Shown in pieces: positions 56,181 to 64,000 of a stretch of 64,000 nucleotides of DNA (positions are counted from its first letter, which is position 1; each line of letters opens with the position of its first letter). The stretch spans positions 27,288 to 91,287 of the forward strand of contig JBAUYF010000007.1 in the NCBI GenBank assembly GCA_049584655.1. The letters run 5' to 3'. The position numbers and the translations under genes were made by a program. The notes beneath the pieces were generated by a model. It was not told the origin of the DNA, ran no database searches, and worked only from the letters and a program-made list of their open reading frames with translations. The stretch is from Thermoplasmata archaeon (GTDB lineage Archaea > Thermoplasmatota > Thermoplasmata > Lutacidiplasmatales > UBA184).

Positions 56181-57104
56181 TCAGTGGAGCGCCTCGGGGG
56201 GACGCGGAGGAGATTCGATCTCGAACGTCAACTCGGCCTCGTGGAACGACGGGCTGGCGGCAGGGGTAGGGGCGTAGGGGCCTAGTCGGGCGGGGCTCTC
56301 GGGCGGAAGCGAAACTTCGATCGTCAGGGGAGCCGACTCGGGGGGCTCGTTCATCGCCCGCCGCGCTCCGAGGGGCCGGGCCGCGGCCGCCGCTACGAGT
56401 GCTTCTGTGGGAATGAGATAGGCTTTCTCGATGTGACTCGCGATCGTTTCCGCCCAGTGTTGGTCCAGCTGGTTGAAAGGAAGCTTGCGCTGCCGCGCCG
56501 CCAGGTACTCGTTGTCGAGGACCTGGAGATTCGCACACCCACGTTGTTGCTTCGCGACGAACTCCTCCACGAAATGCAGGCGCGCCAGCCCACGATCCGC
56601 AACGGACCGGCGGTCCCCTTCCGCGAGGAAGGGCTTGATCACAAAGGCGGAGAGGATTTCGCACTGCCGTGCGGCGGCGCCAAGTACGTAAGGGAACGCT
56701 CCCGTTCCACTGCCGCCCCCCAGACTGCCGACGACGGTGACGAATGTGGCGCCCTCAAAGATTCGGTCCAGCGCCGGCTGCGCGGCGTGCGCCAGCATAC
56801 CGCCGACCACCGTGGAGCCACCGGTATCGGTCTCGACACCCGAATCGGGACCCAAGTAAACGCGTCGATCGAACTCCTCGAAACCCTGGACGCGGGGATC
56901 GCAGTTGATGGCTACGGTCTCGAGATAGCGAAGATGTCGGCGGGCGATGGCCCGGCCGACTTGGATAGCTCCGCCGCCGACAGCGGCCAAAACGAAACGG
57001 ACGTCGTGACCGAGCCGCAAGTCCTCCAACCCTTCGACCGCCGGGTCGGACGGCTCTTCCAGGTTGATCTCTCGGTTGGGTCCATCTCGTGCGGCCTCGT
57101 ACAT
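56181..57104 (-). CDS. Divergent FtsZ/tubulin-superfamily GTPase: GTPase domain only, no canonical C-terminal domain, Pro-rich acidic tail
   Basis: ATG (cat 57102-57104), MYEAARDGP.... AAVGGGAIQVG (G-box), AINCD, VGSLGGGSGTGAFP (tubulin/FtsZ signature GGGTGSG), FVIKPFLAEGDRR (cf. FtsZ VVTKPFxFEGxxR), LQVLDNEYL. The protein ends ...FEIESPPRPPEALH. Confidence 0.7.
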   Translation of the reverse strand: MYEAARDGPNREINLEEPSDPAVEGLEDLRLGHDVRFVLAAVGGGAIQVGRAIARRHLRYLETVAINCDPRVQGFEEFDRRVYLGPDSGVETDTGGSTVVGGMLAHAAQPALDRIFEGATFVTVVGSLGGGSGTGAFPYVLGAAARQCEILSAFVIKPFLAEGDRRSVADRGLARLHFVEEFVAKQQRGCANLQVLDNEYLAARQRKLPFNQLDQHWAETIASHIEKAYLIPTEALVAAAAARPLGARRAMNEPPESAPLTIEVSLPPESPARLGPYAPTPAASPSFHEAELTFEIESPPRPPEALH

Positions 57105-57141
57105 TGCAACTCCCCTGCGTCGTGTCTTCCCTTGCCGCTCC

Positions 57142-57642
57142 CTATCGACCGACGACCCCCTTTCGCTCCAAATCGCGGGCACTCTCTTGGAGGGCACCGA
57201 CTTGAGCCCGCTGTTCGGCGGCTTGCTGGACCGACGTGCGCGCGCGTTGGACGAGTTCGACGACCTTGAGTTCGAGCTCGGCTCGACGCACGAACTCGGC
57301 GAGGACATCGCCGATCGGGCGGTCGTTTCCGACAAGTCGAGCGTAGGCGCCCAGGGTTTCGATCTCATCGCTTCGCAGTCGAACGGGAACTTCGACGATT
57401 CCCGTAGGGTCCAAGCGGGCCGGGGGTGTGGCCGACAGCGCCCGAGCACGCAAGAAGCTGCGCAGCGCCTCTCGCATCAACTCCGAGCGGCTGGCAAACT
57501 CTCCGTTCGAGACGAACGAATCCAGCAGCTGGAGCTCTTTGCGGTTGCACCGTAGGGCGATGCGCTCATCCTCGCGACCCGCCAGGCGGTCTGCCGATTC
57601 TTTCGAACCTTCAGATGCCTTGTTGGGAGCGTTGTCGAACAC
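57142..57642 (-). CDS. Ribbon-helix-helix (CopG/ParR-like) DNA-binding protein with a C-terminal coiled coil
   Basis: ERIALRCNRKELQLLDSFVSNGEFASRSELMREALRSFL fits the RHH pattern (beta strand then two helices). The track start is TTG 57669, which abuts the TATA box. The proposed start is GTG 57642, on a leaderless transcript. Confidence 0.6.
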   Translation of the reverse strand: MFDNAPNKASEGSKESADRLAGREDERIALRCNRKELQLLDSFVSNGEFASRSELMREALRSFLRARALSATPPARLDPTGIVEVPVRLRSDEIETLGAYARLVGNDRPIGDVLAEFVRRAELELKVVELVQRARTSVQQAAEQRAQVGALQESARDLERKGVVGR

Positions 57643-57670
57643 GACTGGGCGCTGGTATGCAGAATGCAAC

Positions 57671-57678
57671 TATTTAAA
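57671..57678 (-). promoter_or_regulatory. Consensus archaeal TATA box (TTTAAATA on the minus strand) for the RHH and FtsZ-like cassette
   Basis: Plus strand reads cTATTTAAAga. It lies about 29 nt upstream of GTG 57642 and is embedded in an AT-rich 200-nt region. Confidence 0.5.
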
Positions 57679-57814
57679 GAGATGCCATGGGCTGCGCCGA
57701 GCATTGCACCGGTACGTCCTAGCAGGAGTTCTATGACGTGTCGAACAAATTTTGATAGGCCGGAACTAGCGTCGATCGTGAAAATCTCACTGTATAACCG
57801 CTCCAAATTTTCGC

Positions 57815-57822
57815 AAAAAAAA
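57815..57822 (-). terminator. T8 tract on the minus strand 66 nt downstream of pilin gene 57888..58739
   Basis: Plus-strand A8 (gcaaaaaaaaca). Oligo-T is the archaeal termination signal. Confidence 0.4.
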
Positions 57823-57887
57823 CACGCGCGAAGGTGCGACGTTGGAACGAACTACATTCAATCGCGCGCAGGATCGCGGTCGACTCT

Positions 57888-58739
57888 CTAATCGACTCCC
57901 GCGATGCCGTAGATCTGGATCGCGGCGAGAATGGTCGACGGGTATCCTTCGTAGGTCAGGTAGATCTCACACGCCCCCGGCACCACGAAGCACCAACCAG
58001 GAGCGCCGTGGAAGTCGTCCCCGTCGACGCAGGGGTTGCCGGAGTAACCCGGGGCGCAGTCCCCGCTGTAGTCGAGCGGGGTTCCCGGGGTGTGCGTGTA
58101 CAGGATGAACGTATCCCCATTGTTGACCACGCCGGAATAGTTCAGGAGCGGTACGAAAATCCCGAGCCGATTGTACAGTGTGCTATAGGACCCCGAGGGG
58201 ATGAACGTCCCGCACTCCCCGAGGTGGGGCGCGTTAGGGGCGGGTCCCGTGGAACTTCCCGGGAACCAGGTCATGGCCGCCAATGATCCTTGTACCAAGT
58301 AGGTCGTGTAGTTCTGCCCCAGAGCATTGGTCGCTCGGCAGACGAACGAGAACTGGATCTCATCCAGCGAGATATCATCGGGTGTGTGTTGGGTAAAAAC
58401 GATCTGCGTGGAATTCATCTGGGAGTAATTCCCGGTCGCCGTAGTATCACACTGATACGTGATCGCGTTTCCCAACGTCCAGGTGTGCGGGAGCACGTTG
58501 TTGACCCAGGGAAAGTGATACGAATCGAATGTACAGTCGGTCGGATCTCCCCAGACGGGATTCGAAGTGCCCGATCGAACCAGGTAGGAAAGCGTGGGAG
58601 CGGGAGTGGGAAGGTTGAGGTGGAACTCCCACAAGATCGAGCCGACGGCCACCGTCAGGCCGACCAGGAGGACCATCGAAATGATGGTGCTCACGGCCCG
58701 CAACGGCCCAACGCGCCGACGGGACCACTTTCGGACCAT
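57888..58739 (-). CDS. Type IV pilin-like protein (class III signal peptide, Pilin_N-like) with N-glycosylation sequons
   Basis: N-terminus MVRKWSRRRVGPLRAVSTIISMVLLVGLTVAVGSIL is a basic stretch then AVS.VI..IL.V.ITV hydrophobic helix. Sequons NYS, NST, NYT, NYS and several Cys pairs. Confidence 0.65.
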   Translation of the reverse strand: MVRKWSRRRVGPLRAVSTIISMVLLVGLTVAVGSILWEFHLNLPTPAPTLSYLVRSGTSNPVWGDPTDCTFDSYHFPWVNNVLPHTWTLGNAITYQCDTTATGNYSQMNSTQIVFTQHTPDDISLDEIQFSFVCRATNALGQNYTTYLVQGSLAAMTWFPGSSTGPAPNAPHLGECGTFIPSGSYSTLYNRLGIFVPLLNYSGVVNNGDTFILYTHTPGTPLDYSGDCAPGYSGNPCVDGDDFHGAPGWCFVVPGACEIYLTYEGYPSTILAAIQIYGIAGVD

Positions 58740-58962
58740 CGGCGTAAATACTTGGACTCGAGGGATATCTACTTTGCCTTGGCCGGGCTTTCCTCTCGAG
58801 AGCGAGATTCGCCCTCGTCGCGGATCCGGCGTCTATCGAGTGAGGAAGGGCGAGGAAGAAGAGCGGCCTCTCCCCGAGTGAGTGTGTGTCAATACGCATT
58901 GATATGCAGGCCGACTATTGACGATTTGTAAGTCGTTATTTGTCGTTTCCACTCGGCTATGC

Positions 58963-58971
58963 TTTTAAATA
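58963..58971 (+). promoter_or_regulatory. TATA box TTTTAAATA upstream of pilin gene 59030
   Basis: About 60 nt upstream of the ATG. GGAGG lies 10 nt before the ATG. Confidence 0.45.
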
Positions 58972-59029
58972 GGGGAGGCTTTCCATACGCATACCTGCGG
59001 GTCGAAGGACCCTCGGAGGAAAAAGGCGA

Positions 59030-59623
59030 ATGCACGTATTTGGACGGAAAGCGAGAAGTTGGAGAAAGGGGCGCAAGCGGGGAGTATCCCCGATCATCGC
59101 TACGATTTTGCTCGTGGCGATTACCGTGGTACTGGCTGCCGTGCTCTATATCCTCATCTCGGGATTGACGAAGGGACCCGGCAACACGCCGCTTAGCACG
59201 GCGTTTGGATTCGGAACAGCGACCCAAGTGAACCCGACAGCCACTACGGCTGGCGAGTGCACAGCAGCTCACTTCTGCTATGAGATCGCGATTAGCGAAG
59301 CGAGCGGCGGGCTCACGGCGAACGATATCCAGCTGAAGCTGACCACGAATACGGGCACGATCATTGCGGTGAACGACTTCTATGTCGATGCCGCGAACTT
59401 GGCCGTGAACGGTTATCTCGCGTCCGCCGTCAACCCCTCCGGGGCATGGGCGTCGACCGCGGGAACGGGTGGAGCAGCCGTCGAAATTACGGGCACGACC
59501 GTCATGACCGGCGCGATGGTCATGTGGATCGATATTACCGCGTCCGTATACGGCACCGGCGCCATCTTGACCGCGTTCGGACAGGGGTCGTTCTCGTCTT
59601 CGGTCTCGACCACCCTCCCGTAA
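59030..59623 (+). CDS. Archaeal type IV pilin (class III signal peptide)
   Basis: MHVFGRKARSWRKGRKRG|VSPIIATILLVAITVVLAAVLYILISGL is a textbook prepilin signal (cleavage after G). The rest is Thr/Ala/Gly-rich. Confidence 0.8.
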   Translation: MHVFGRKARSWRKGRKRGVSPIIATILLVAITVVLAAVLYILISGLTKGPGNTPLSTAFGFGTATQVNPTATTAGECTAAHFCYEIAISEASGGLTANDIQLKLTTNTGTIIAVNDFYVDAANLAVNGYLASAVNPSGAWASTAGTGGAAVEITGTTVMTGAMVMWIDITASVYGTGAILTAFGQGSFSSSVSTTLP

Positions 59624-59774
59624 GTCAGTCGCAGCACGTCTAGACCAACCCTTTCCAATTCCCATTTTTCAACCGCCATTGCGGCGACCTTAGCGCCCGC
59701 GCGTCGGCGATCCAAACGCTTGCGCTGGGAACGTCTAAATAGGCCCCCTTGGAATGATTTACCGAGAGGTCGTT

Positions 59775-60980
59775 GTGAGAAGGGCCAGTCGACGTGTTGC
59801 GCTTCGAACTCAGAATTTCCGACGCTCTCGGCGGTCCTTCCGCCGGAACGGCCGCGGGGTATCGGAGGTCGTCGCGACGATCCTGCTGCTCGGTCTCACC
59901 GTAACGTTGTTCTCCTCTATCTTTTTCTTCGTCAACACGTTTCCCCGACCTCCTTCCCAATCTGCCAGCCAGTTCCAGGGGTCGCTGCTCTTTACGCCGA
60001 ACGGTGGCTACATCACGAACGTCCTGATCTTGCACCTCTCCGGTCAAGTGCTGAGCTCGCCCGTGACGACGATCTACATGCGATCCTCGGCGAACCCGGG
60101 CTTCTACAGCGCCCAATACACGGTCGCGCAGGGGCTCAATGGCTCCAACTACTGGGCGCTCGGTCAGACCTGGAACATCTCGCTCACCTCCACGGGACCG
60201 CAGCCCGGGCCCTCTCCCAACGGCGACCCCGTCCCGGACAACATGACCGTCTACATCCTGTCGGGAACGCAGTTGATTTTCACTGTCACGCTCCCCGGTC
60301 AAGTGCCGGCGCTGGCCCCTTACTTTACGAATTTCGGAACCAAGCCGTCTCCCCCCGTGGTGGCGCAGGCCTTCAATATAACGATCTTCGTCTCAAGCAC
60401 CGATCTGAACACGCACTCGGTCTACGTGAACATCTCGCAGCTTCCGGGAGTGTCGGGCGCCTTGCTAAACGCCCAGAAGATGACGAAGGGCAGCTTACCG
60501 GGGGAATACTACTACAACGTCCCCGCCGGGGTGACTTCGAATACGGGGACCTACTACGTGGTGTTCAACGCTACCGATGCCATGACAGGCCTTCGGGGGG
60601 CGCAGGGCTTCGCCTTGACGATCCAGACGCCCAGCAGCCCATCCACGCTGCTCACCGTGGGGGCCGTCAACTTGACGGCTGTCTATCACGGAGGCACGAA
60701 ACCGGCGTACTTCTCCGCGATAGTTTCGGACCTGGCCGTCTCCGGGGGTACGGCGAACGTCACGGTTTGGTTCAACATCACGATCAACGGAGGCGCGTCC
60801 ACTACGATCGGCACGGCCGTCACCGGAACGGTGGGCCCGGGCGGGACCATCACCTTGAATTCCGCAGCGTTCAAGACGGCCGCGACGAGCGCCGCGGGTC
60901 AGAAATGGGTCCTGCTGGTCACGGCGACCGCAACCAGCTTGGGGACCGCCACGGGAACGATCTCGGGCGTCCTCAGTTAG
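59775..60980 (+). CDS. Large type IV pilin-like surface protein with many N-glycosylation sequons
   Basis: ...RRNGRG|VSEVVATILLLGLTVTLFSSIFFF class-III signal. There are more than 12 NxS/T sequons. TATA-like TCTAAATA at 59733-59740 implies a start at GTG 59775 rather than the track ATG 59754. Confidence 0.65.
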   Translation: MRRASRRVALRTQNFRRSRRSFRRNGRGVSEVVATILLLGLTVTLFSSIFFFVNTFPRPPSQSASQFQGSLLFTPNGGYITNVLILHLSGQVLSSPVTTIYMRSSANPGFYSAQYTVAQGLNGSNYWALGQTWNISLTSTGPQPGPSPNGDPVPDNMTVYILSGTQLIFTVTLPGQVPALAPYFTNFGTKPSPPVVAQAFNITIFVSSTDLNTHSVYVNISQLPGVSGALLNAQKMTKGSLPGEYYYNVPAGVTSNTGTYYVVFNATDAMTGLRGAQGFALTIQTPSSPSTLLTVGAVNLTAVYHGGTKPAYFSAIVSDLAVSGGTANVTVWFNITINGGASTTIGTAVTGTVGPGGTITLNSAAFKTAATSAAGQKWVLLVTATATSLGTATGTISGVLS

Positions 60981-62089
60981 CCCTGCGGACCCTTGTTTGC
61001 GGAGCGTAGCGGAGCTGACTCCGCACTATTCGGAAGCGAAACTCCGCACTTCCAGCATGACGTCTCGTTCGGATAGACGACGGCTTGGCAGTTTGGACAA
61101 CGGCGCTCGTCGACCGTCGAAGCGATGCTGGACCCCGCCGCGGTCCCCGGCGGCGCTGCGAGATTAGTCGGGCCCGATCCAGGATTCGCCGGCGGGGCCT
61201 GGGCGTTTGATTCCGCTCGGGCCGCTTCTTCCTTCCGGTTCGCTTCTCGCCGCTTGAACCAGATGTAGACGACCAGCGCGAAGAAGAAGACCCCGCCCAC
61301 GTAGAGGAAGACCTCGACGTAGAGACCCAGAATGACGCCCTCGAGGGTGGTGAAAAAGTCGCCCGTTACGGGACCCTCGATCCCTCCGCTGTAGCCGTTA
61401 TTCTCGTTCAGGAAGATCCAGTAGTTCGGCGTGGACTTGTTGGTGGACGCGTTGATGTTCCGGACCGCCAACCCCATCTGGAACCACCAGACGTTATTCC
61501 CGTTGAGCGCCAGGGGGATTTCGACCAGAGTCGTCCCGTTCGTATTCGGGGGGAACGTGTAATTGCCTACCACCAACGGGTAGGGGGTTCCGCAATTGGA
61601 CGAAGGGGGAGGAGAGGAGCCCGTGGCGCCCGGACAAGTGCTAACCCAGACGTTCAGCCATTGAGGGGTCCCATTTCCCGGGGGGATGTACTGGGGGTAG
61701 ACGGAGACGCTGAAATTGTAGGTCCCCCCGCTGTTGCCGAGGAAAGGTGATACCTGGGCATTCTGGAGCACGGAATTGCCGTTGCCGTTCGGCAAACTGG
61801 GATCCGAGCTACCCGGAGACGACGGAGTTCGCAATTCCTGCGCGTAAAAAACGGTGAAAGCGGGAGTTGCGATCAGGAGGGCGACGATCCCCAAGGTCGC
61901 GAGGTACCGGGGTCGCTTCATTCCGCCCAAGATGGGGACCGCGAGGCCGAAGATCAGGAACGCGGGGATCGCGATGAGAACGCCTAGGTAGGCGAGTGAC
62001 GCAAATAGGACGAGCGTGGCGAGGGCAATGAGAGCGATTCTTCCCCACCGAGTTGCGACGAAAGCCCTAAAGCCGCCCTTCCGCTCCAC
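60977..62089 (-). CDS. Membrane glycoprotein: N-terminal TM helices, a sequon-rich extracytoplasmic domain, a C-terminal TM, and a cytoplasmic zinc ribbon
   Basis: 370 aa. Multiple NxS/T sites (NFS, NGT, NYT, NGT, NAS, NKS). C-terminal CPNCQAVVYPNETSCWKCG. Confidence 0.6.
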   Translation of the reverse strand: MERKGGFRAFVATRWGRIALIALATLVLFASLAYLGVLIAIPAFLIFGLAVPILGGMKRPRYLATLGIVALLIATPAFTVFYAQELRTPSSPGSSDPSLPNGNGNSVLQNAQVSPFLGNSGGTYNFSVSVYPQYIPPGNGTPQWLNVWVSTCPGATGSSPPPSSNCGTPYPLVVGNYTFPPNTNGTTLVEIPLALNGNNVWWFQMGLAVRNINASTNKSTPNYWIFLNENNGYSGGIEGPVTGDFFTTLEGVILGLYVEVFLYVGGVFFFALVVYIWFKRREANRKEEAARAESNAQAPPANPGSGPTNLAAPPGTAAGSSIASTVDERRCPNCQAVVYPNETSCWKCGVSLPNSAESAPLRSANKGPQG

Positions 62090-62119
62090 AGACGAGCGGA
62101 GGCGAGTCGGCCTTCCTAA

Positions 62120-63460
62120 TTAAGCAGTGGGGGGCGGACCATCGTCGAGACAGCCGGAACTGACCCTCGACTCGCGCTGATCATCCTCGACGGCCTCGGA
62201 GATCTGCCCCATCCCGACACGGGCGGGCTTTCTCCGGTCGTAGCGGCTCGGACGCCGAATCTCGACCATTTACTCACGCTCGGGCAGTCCGGACAAGTCG
62301 TTGTGATCGGCCCTGGTGTGGCGCCCGAATCGGACGCAGGCGTCCTGGCGCTTCTCGGGTACGACCCCGTGCGCGACTCTCCGGGACGCGGCGTGCTCGA
62401 AGCCGAGGGGGTTGGAATATCCTTGGGCTCGGGAGATGTGGCACTCCGGCTAAACTTCGCCACGATCGATGGCGACGGCCAGGTCCTCGACTCGCGGGTC
62501 GGTCGATCCCTCGGGACCGCCGAAGCTGCCGAACTGGCCCGGTCTCTGACCGAAGCCGATACCCTCGGCCCGGAAGGGATTCGCGCCGAGGTCCGAGCCA
62601 CGGTTGGACATCGCGGCGTCCTTTGGCTCCACCCAGTGTCCGGCGATAGGCTCTCGGAGCAAGTGTCGAATTCAGACCCCTTCTACGAAAAGGTCGGAGG
62701 GATGGGACAGGCGCGAACCGCTCTCCAGCCGCGTCTCCTAGTTGTGCAGCCACTAGACCAATCGCCGGAGGCCGCACGGACCGCCCATGCGATCAACGAG
62801 TTTACTATGCGGGCCGGGAAAATTCTTGCCGGACATCGCGTGAACGCCCGCCGTGCGCTGGCGGGCAAACTGATTGCCAACGGCATTCTGCTTCGCAACG
62901 CCGGGCGACGGATCCCCGGAGTGCCCGCGCTCTTCACGCAAAAATACGGTATCGAAGGCGCCGCGGTGACCGAGATGCCCGTCGAACGCGGAATCGCTCG
63001 ATTGCTCGGGCTTGCCGACCTCTATGTGGGTCCAATGGGACCAGATCGAGCCGCCGGCTTCCGAGAGCGAGCGCTAGCCACGCGGCAAGCACTCGAGAAG
63101 TACCCGTTCGTCTACGTCCACCTCAAAGGCCCCGACGAGCCGGGGCATGACGGCAACGCTCGGCTCAAGCAAGAGATCGTGGAAGCGATTGATGCGTCAT
63201 TCTTCGGCCCTTTCATGAGCGGCCTCGATTGGAGCCGCACTCGTATCGCAATCACGGCCGACCACGCCACGCCGTGCATTCGAAAGGGGCATTCCGACGA
63301 CCCGGTGCCCCTCTTGATGGTCGGAGAGAGAGTCCCTCCTCCTAGCGCATCGGCCGCCCTGAAATTTGGGGACTCCACGTCCGCGCACGGGGATCTCGGC
63401 ACGCGACGCGGGAACGAGCTCATGGGGCTCTTACGTAGTCCCCGAAAAGAGACCCAGTGA
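62120..63460 (+). CDS. apgM: 2,3-bisphosphoglycerate-independent phosphoglycerate mutase, archaeal type (ApgM); start codon unresolved
   Basis: The conserved N-terminal LIILDGLGD metal-binding motif at 62177 and the rest of the protein (THAINEFTMRAG..., ITADHATP) are in one open frame starting after TAA 62117. There is no ATG/GTG/TTG between that stop and the motif. The track call starts at GTG 62303. Confidence 0.7.
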   Translation, partial: LSSGGRTIVETAGTDPRLALIILDGLGDLPHPDTGGLSPVVAARTPNLDHLLTLGQSGQVVVIGPGVAPESDAGVLALLGYDPVRDSPGRGVLEAEGVGISLGSGDVALRLNFATIDGDGQVLDSRVGRSLGTAEAAELARSLTEADTLGPEGIRAEVRATVGHRGVLWLHPVSGDRLSEQVSNSDPFYEKVGGMGQARTALQPRLLVVQPLDQSPEAARTAHAINEFTMRAGKILAGHRVNARRALAGKLIANGILLRNAGRRIPGVPALFTQKYGIEGAAVTEMPVERGIARLLGLADLYVGPMGPDRAAGFRERALATRQALEKYPFVYVHLKGPDEPGHDGNARLKQEIVEAIDASFFGPFMSGLDWSRTRIAITADHATPCIRKGHSDDPVPLLMVGERVPPPSASAALKFGDSTSAHGDLGTRRGNELMGLLRSPRKETQ

Positions 63461-64000
63461 CGCATAGCGCGGCACTCCGAGTCGATCGTAGGCGTGGGGA
63501 AGAGATTCGCGAACGATTGGCTGCGAGCGGCGCGTTACGAACTGACCTTGAGATCCGGCGAGAGGGCGACTATCTCGTGCTTCCGGTCTTGGAATCGACG
63601 ACTCGAGATCCCGCTTGGGGAGAGTGGGTCGAAGCCGAATTCGAGGCGCTTCCTCATTCTTCCGTCCGATCATATCGGGATCTGCTCTCGTGGACGGAGG
63701 CGGACGCGCAGCTCCTTCCTCGATCCTTCGACGTCGTGGGGGACATCGTCCTGATTCGTGTTCCGGAGGAGTTGCGCGGCCGCTCTACCGAGATCGGCGA
63801 CGCTCTGCGCCGATTTGTCCCAGGTACGCGATTGGTGGGAGCCGATTTTGGCGTGCATGGCGAGGCGCGACGCCGTCGCTTGGTCGCGATCGCCGGGACC
63901 GGGCCTTGGCGGACGCGGCATCGAGAAAACGGGATTGAAATGGAGGTCGACGTCGACCGTGCGTACTTCTCCCCCCGCTTGGCTCGCGAACACGAACTCG
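63457..64000 (+). CDS. tRNA (guanine37-N1)-methyltransferase Trm5/Taw2-like (Met-10+ family), 5' partial
   Basis: Frame beginning at GTG 63457 (GTGA overlap with the apgM stop) encodes ...FDVVGDIVLIRVPEEL...TRHRENGIEMEVDVDRAYFSPRLAREHEL. It runs off the window end. Confidence 0.6.
   Translation, partial: MTHSAALRVDRRRGEEIRERLAASGALRTDLEIRREGDYLVLPVLESTTRDPAWGEWVEAEFEALPHSSVRSYRDLLSWTEADAQLLPRSFDVVGDIVLIRVPEELRGRSTEIGDALRRFVPGTRLVGADFGVHGEARRRRLVAIAGTGPWRTRHRENGIEMEVDVDRAYFSPRLAREHEL

Noticed and set aside
56433-57269. 278-aa plus-strand ORF, and 57064..57555 on the plus strand
   Set aside because: They are antisense to the FtsZ-like and RHH genes and have no motifs. The minus-strand products carry the recognisable tubulin-signature and RHH patterns.
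57861-57894. Inverted repeat with internal direct repeat TCGACTC, considered as centromere-like iterons for the RHH/FtsZ-like cassette
   Set aside because: It spans the stop codon of the pilin gene 57888..58739 and is more simply a 3' end hairpin. It is only two copies. No array of iterons was seen in 57670-57860.

Overview
This 64 kb window is a high-GC (~65%) archaeal chromosomal segment. Marker genes support that: DNA topoisomerase VI A and B, flap endonuclease FEN-1, primase small subunit PriS, a Rio1 kinase with its KH-domain partner, ribosomal protein L41e, a PAC2/PbaB proteasome-assembly chaperone, an archaeal cofactor-independent phosphoglycerate mutase, Trm5, digeranylgeranylglycerophospholipid reductase, GGPP synthase, and class-III signal-peptide pilins. 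It is mostly housekeeping. It has an 11-subunit complex I (nuoABCDHIJKLMN, with no nuoEFG). On the same strand that cluster continues into GGR, GGPP synthase, a 4-TM protein, a CN-hydrolase and topo VI B/A, with several ATGA/GTGA stop-start overlaps. Other identifiable genes include sucCD, coaBC, an Amt transporter, an ABC-2 exporter, TreT-like GT4, LysE, an NfeD/stomatin pair, enoyl-CoA hydratase, a FAH-family hydrolase, a RibD-like reductase, FtcD, two VOC paralogs, two RIO-type kinases, a CHAD protein and a hemerythrin-like protein. The candidate I would follow up first is a three-gene cassette at 55.9-57.7 kb: a ribbon-helix-helix protein, a C-terminally truncated FtsZ/tubulin-superfamily GTPase with a Pro-rich tail, and a 2-TM peptide. 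It has a consensus archaeal TATA box and sits next to a pilin locus (three class-III signal-peptide proteins plus a glycosylated membrane protein with a cytoplasmic zinc ribbon). Other oddities worth a second look:
- a triple zinc-ribbon protein with an RGG-like tail;
- an in-frame TAG inside an esterase-D-like gene;
- a candidate tRNA-His with a 31-nt T-loop intron;
- an rpl41e gene missing from the ORF track;
- no canonical start codon upstream of the conserved N-termini of nuoL and apgM;
- paralogous 4-TM proteins;
- Lys/Arg-rich C-terminal tails on unrelated enzymes.
All calls rest on motif recognition from the sequence and on memory of protein families. No database search was run.
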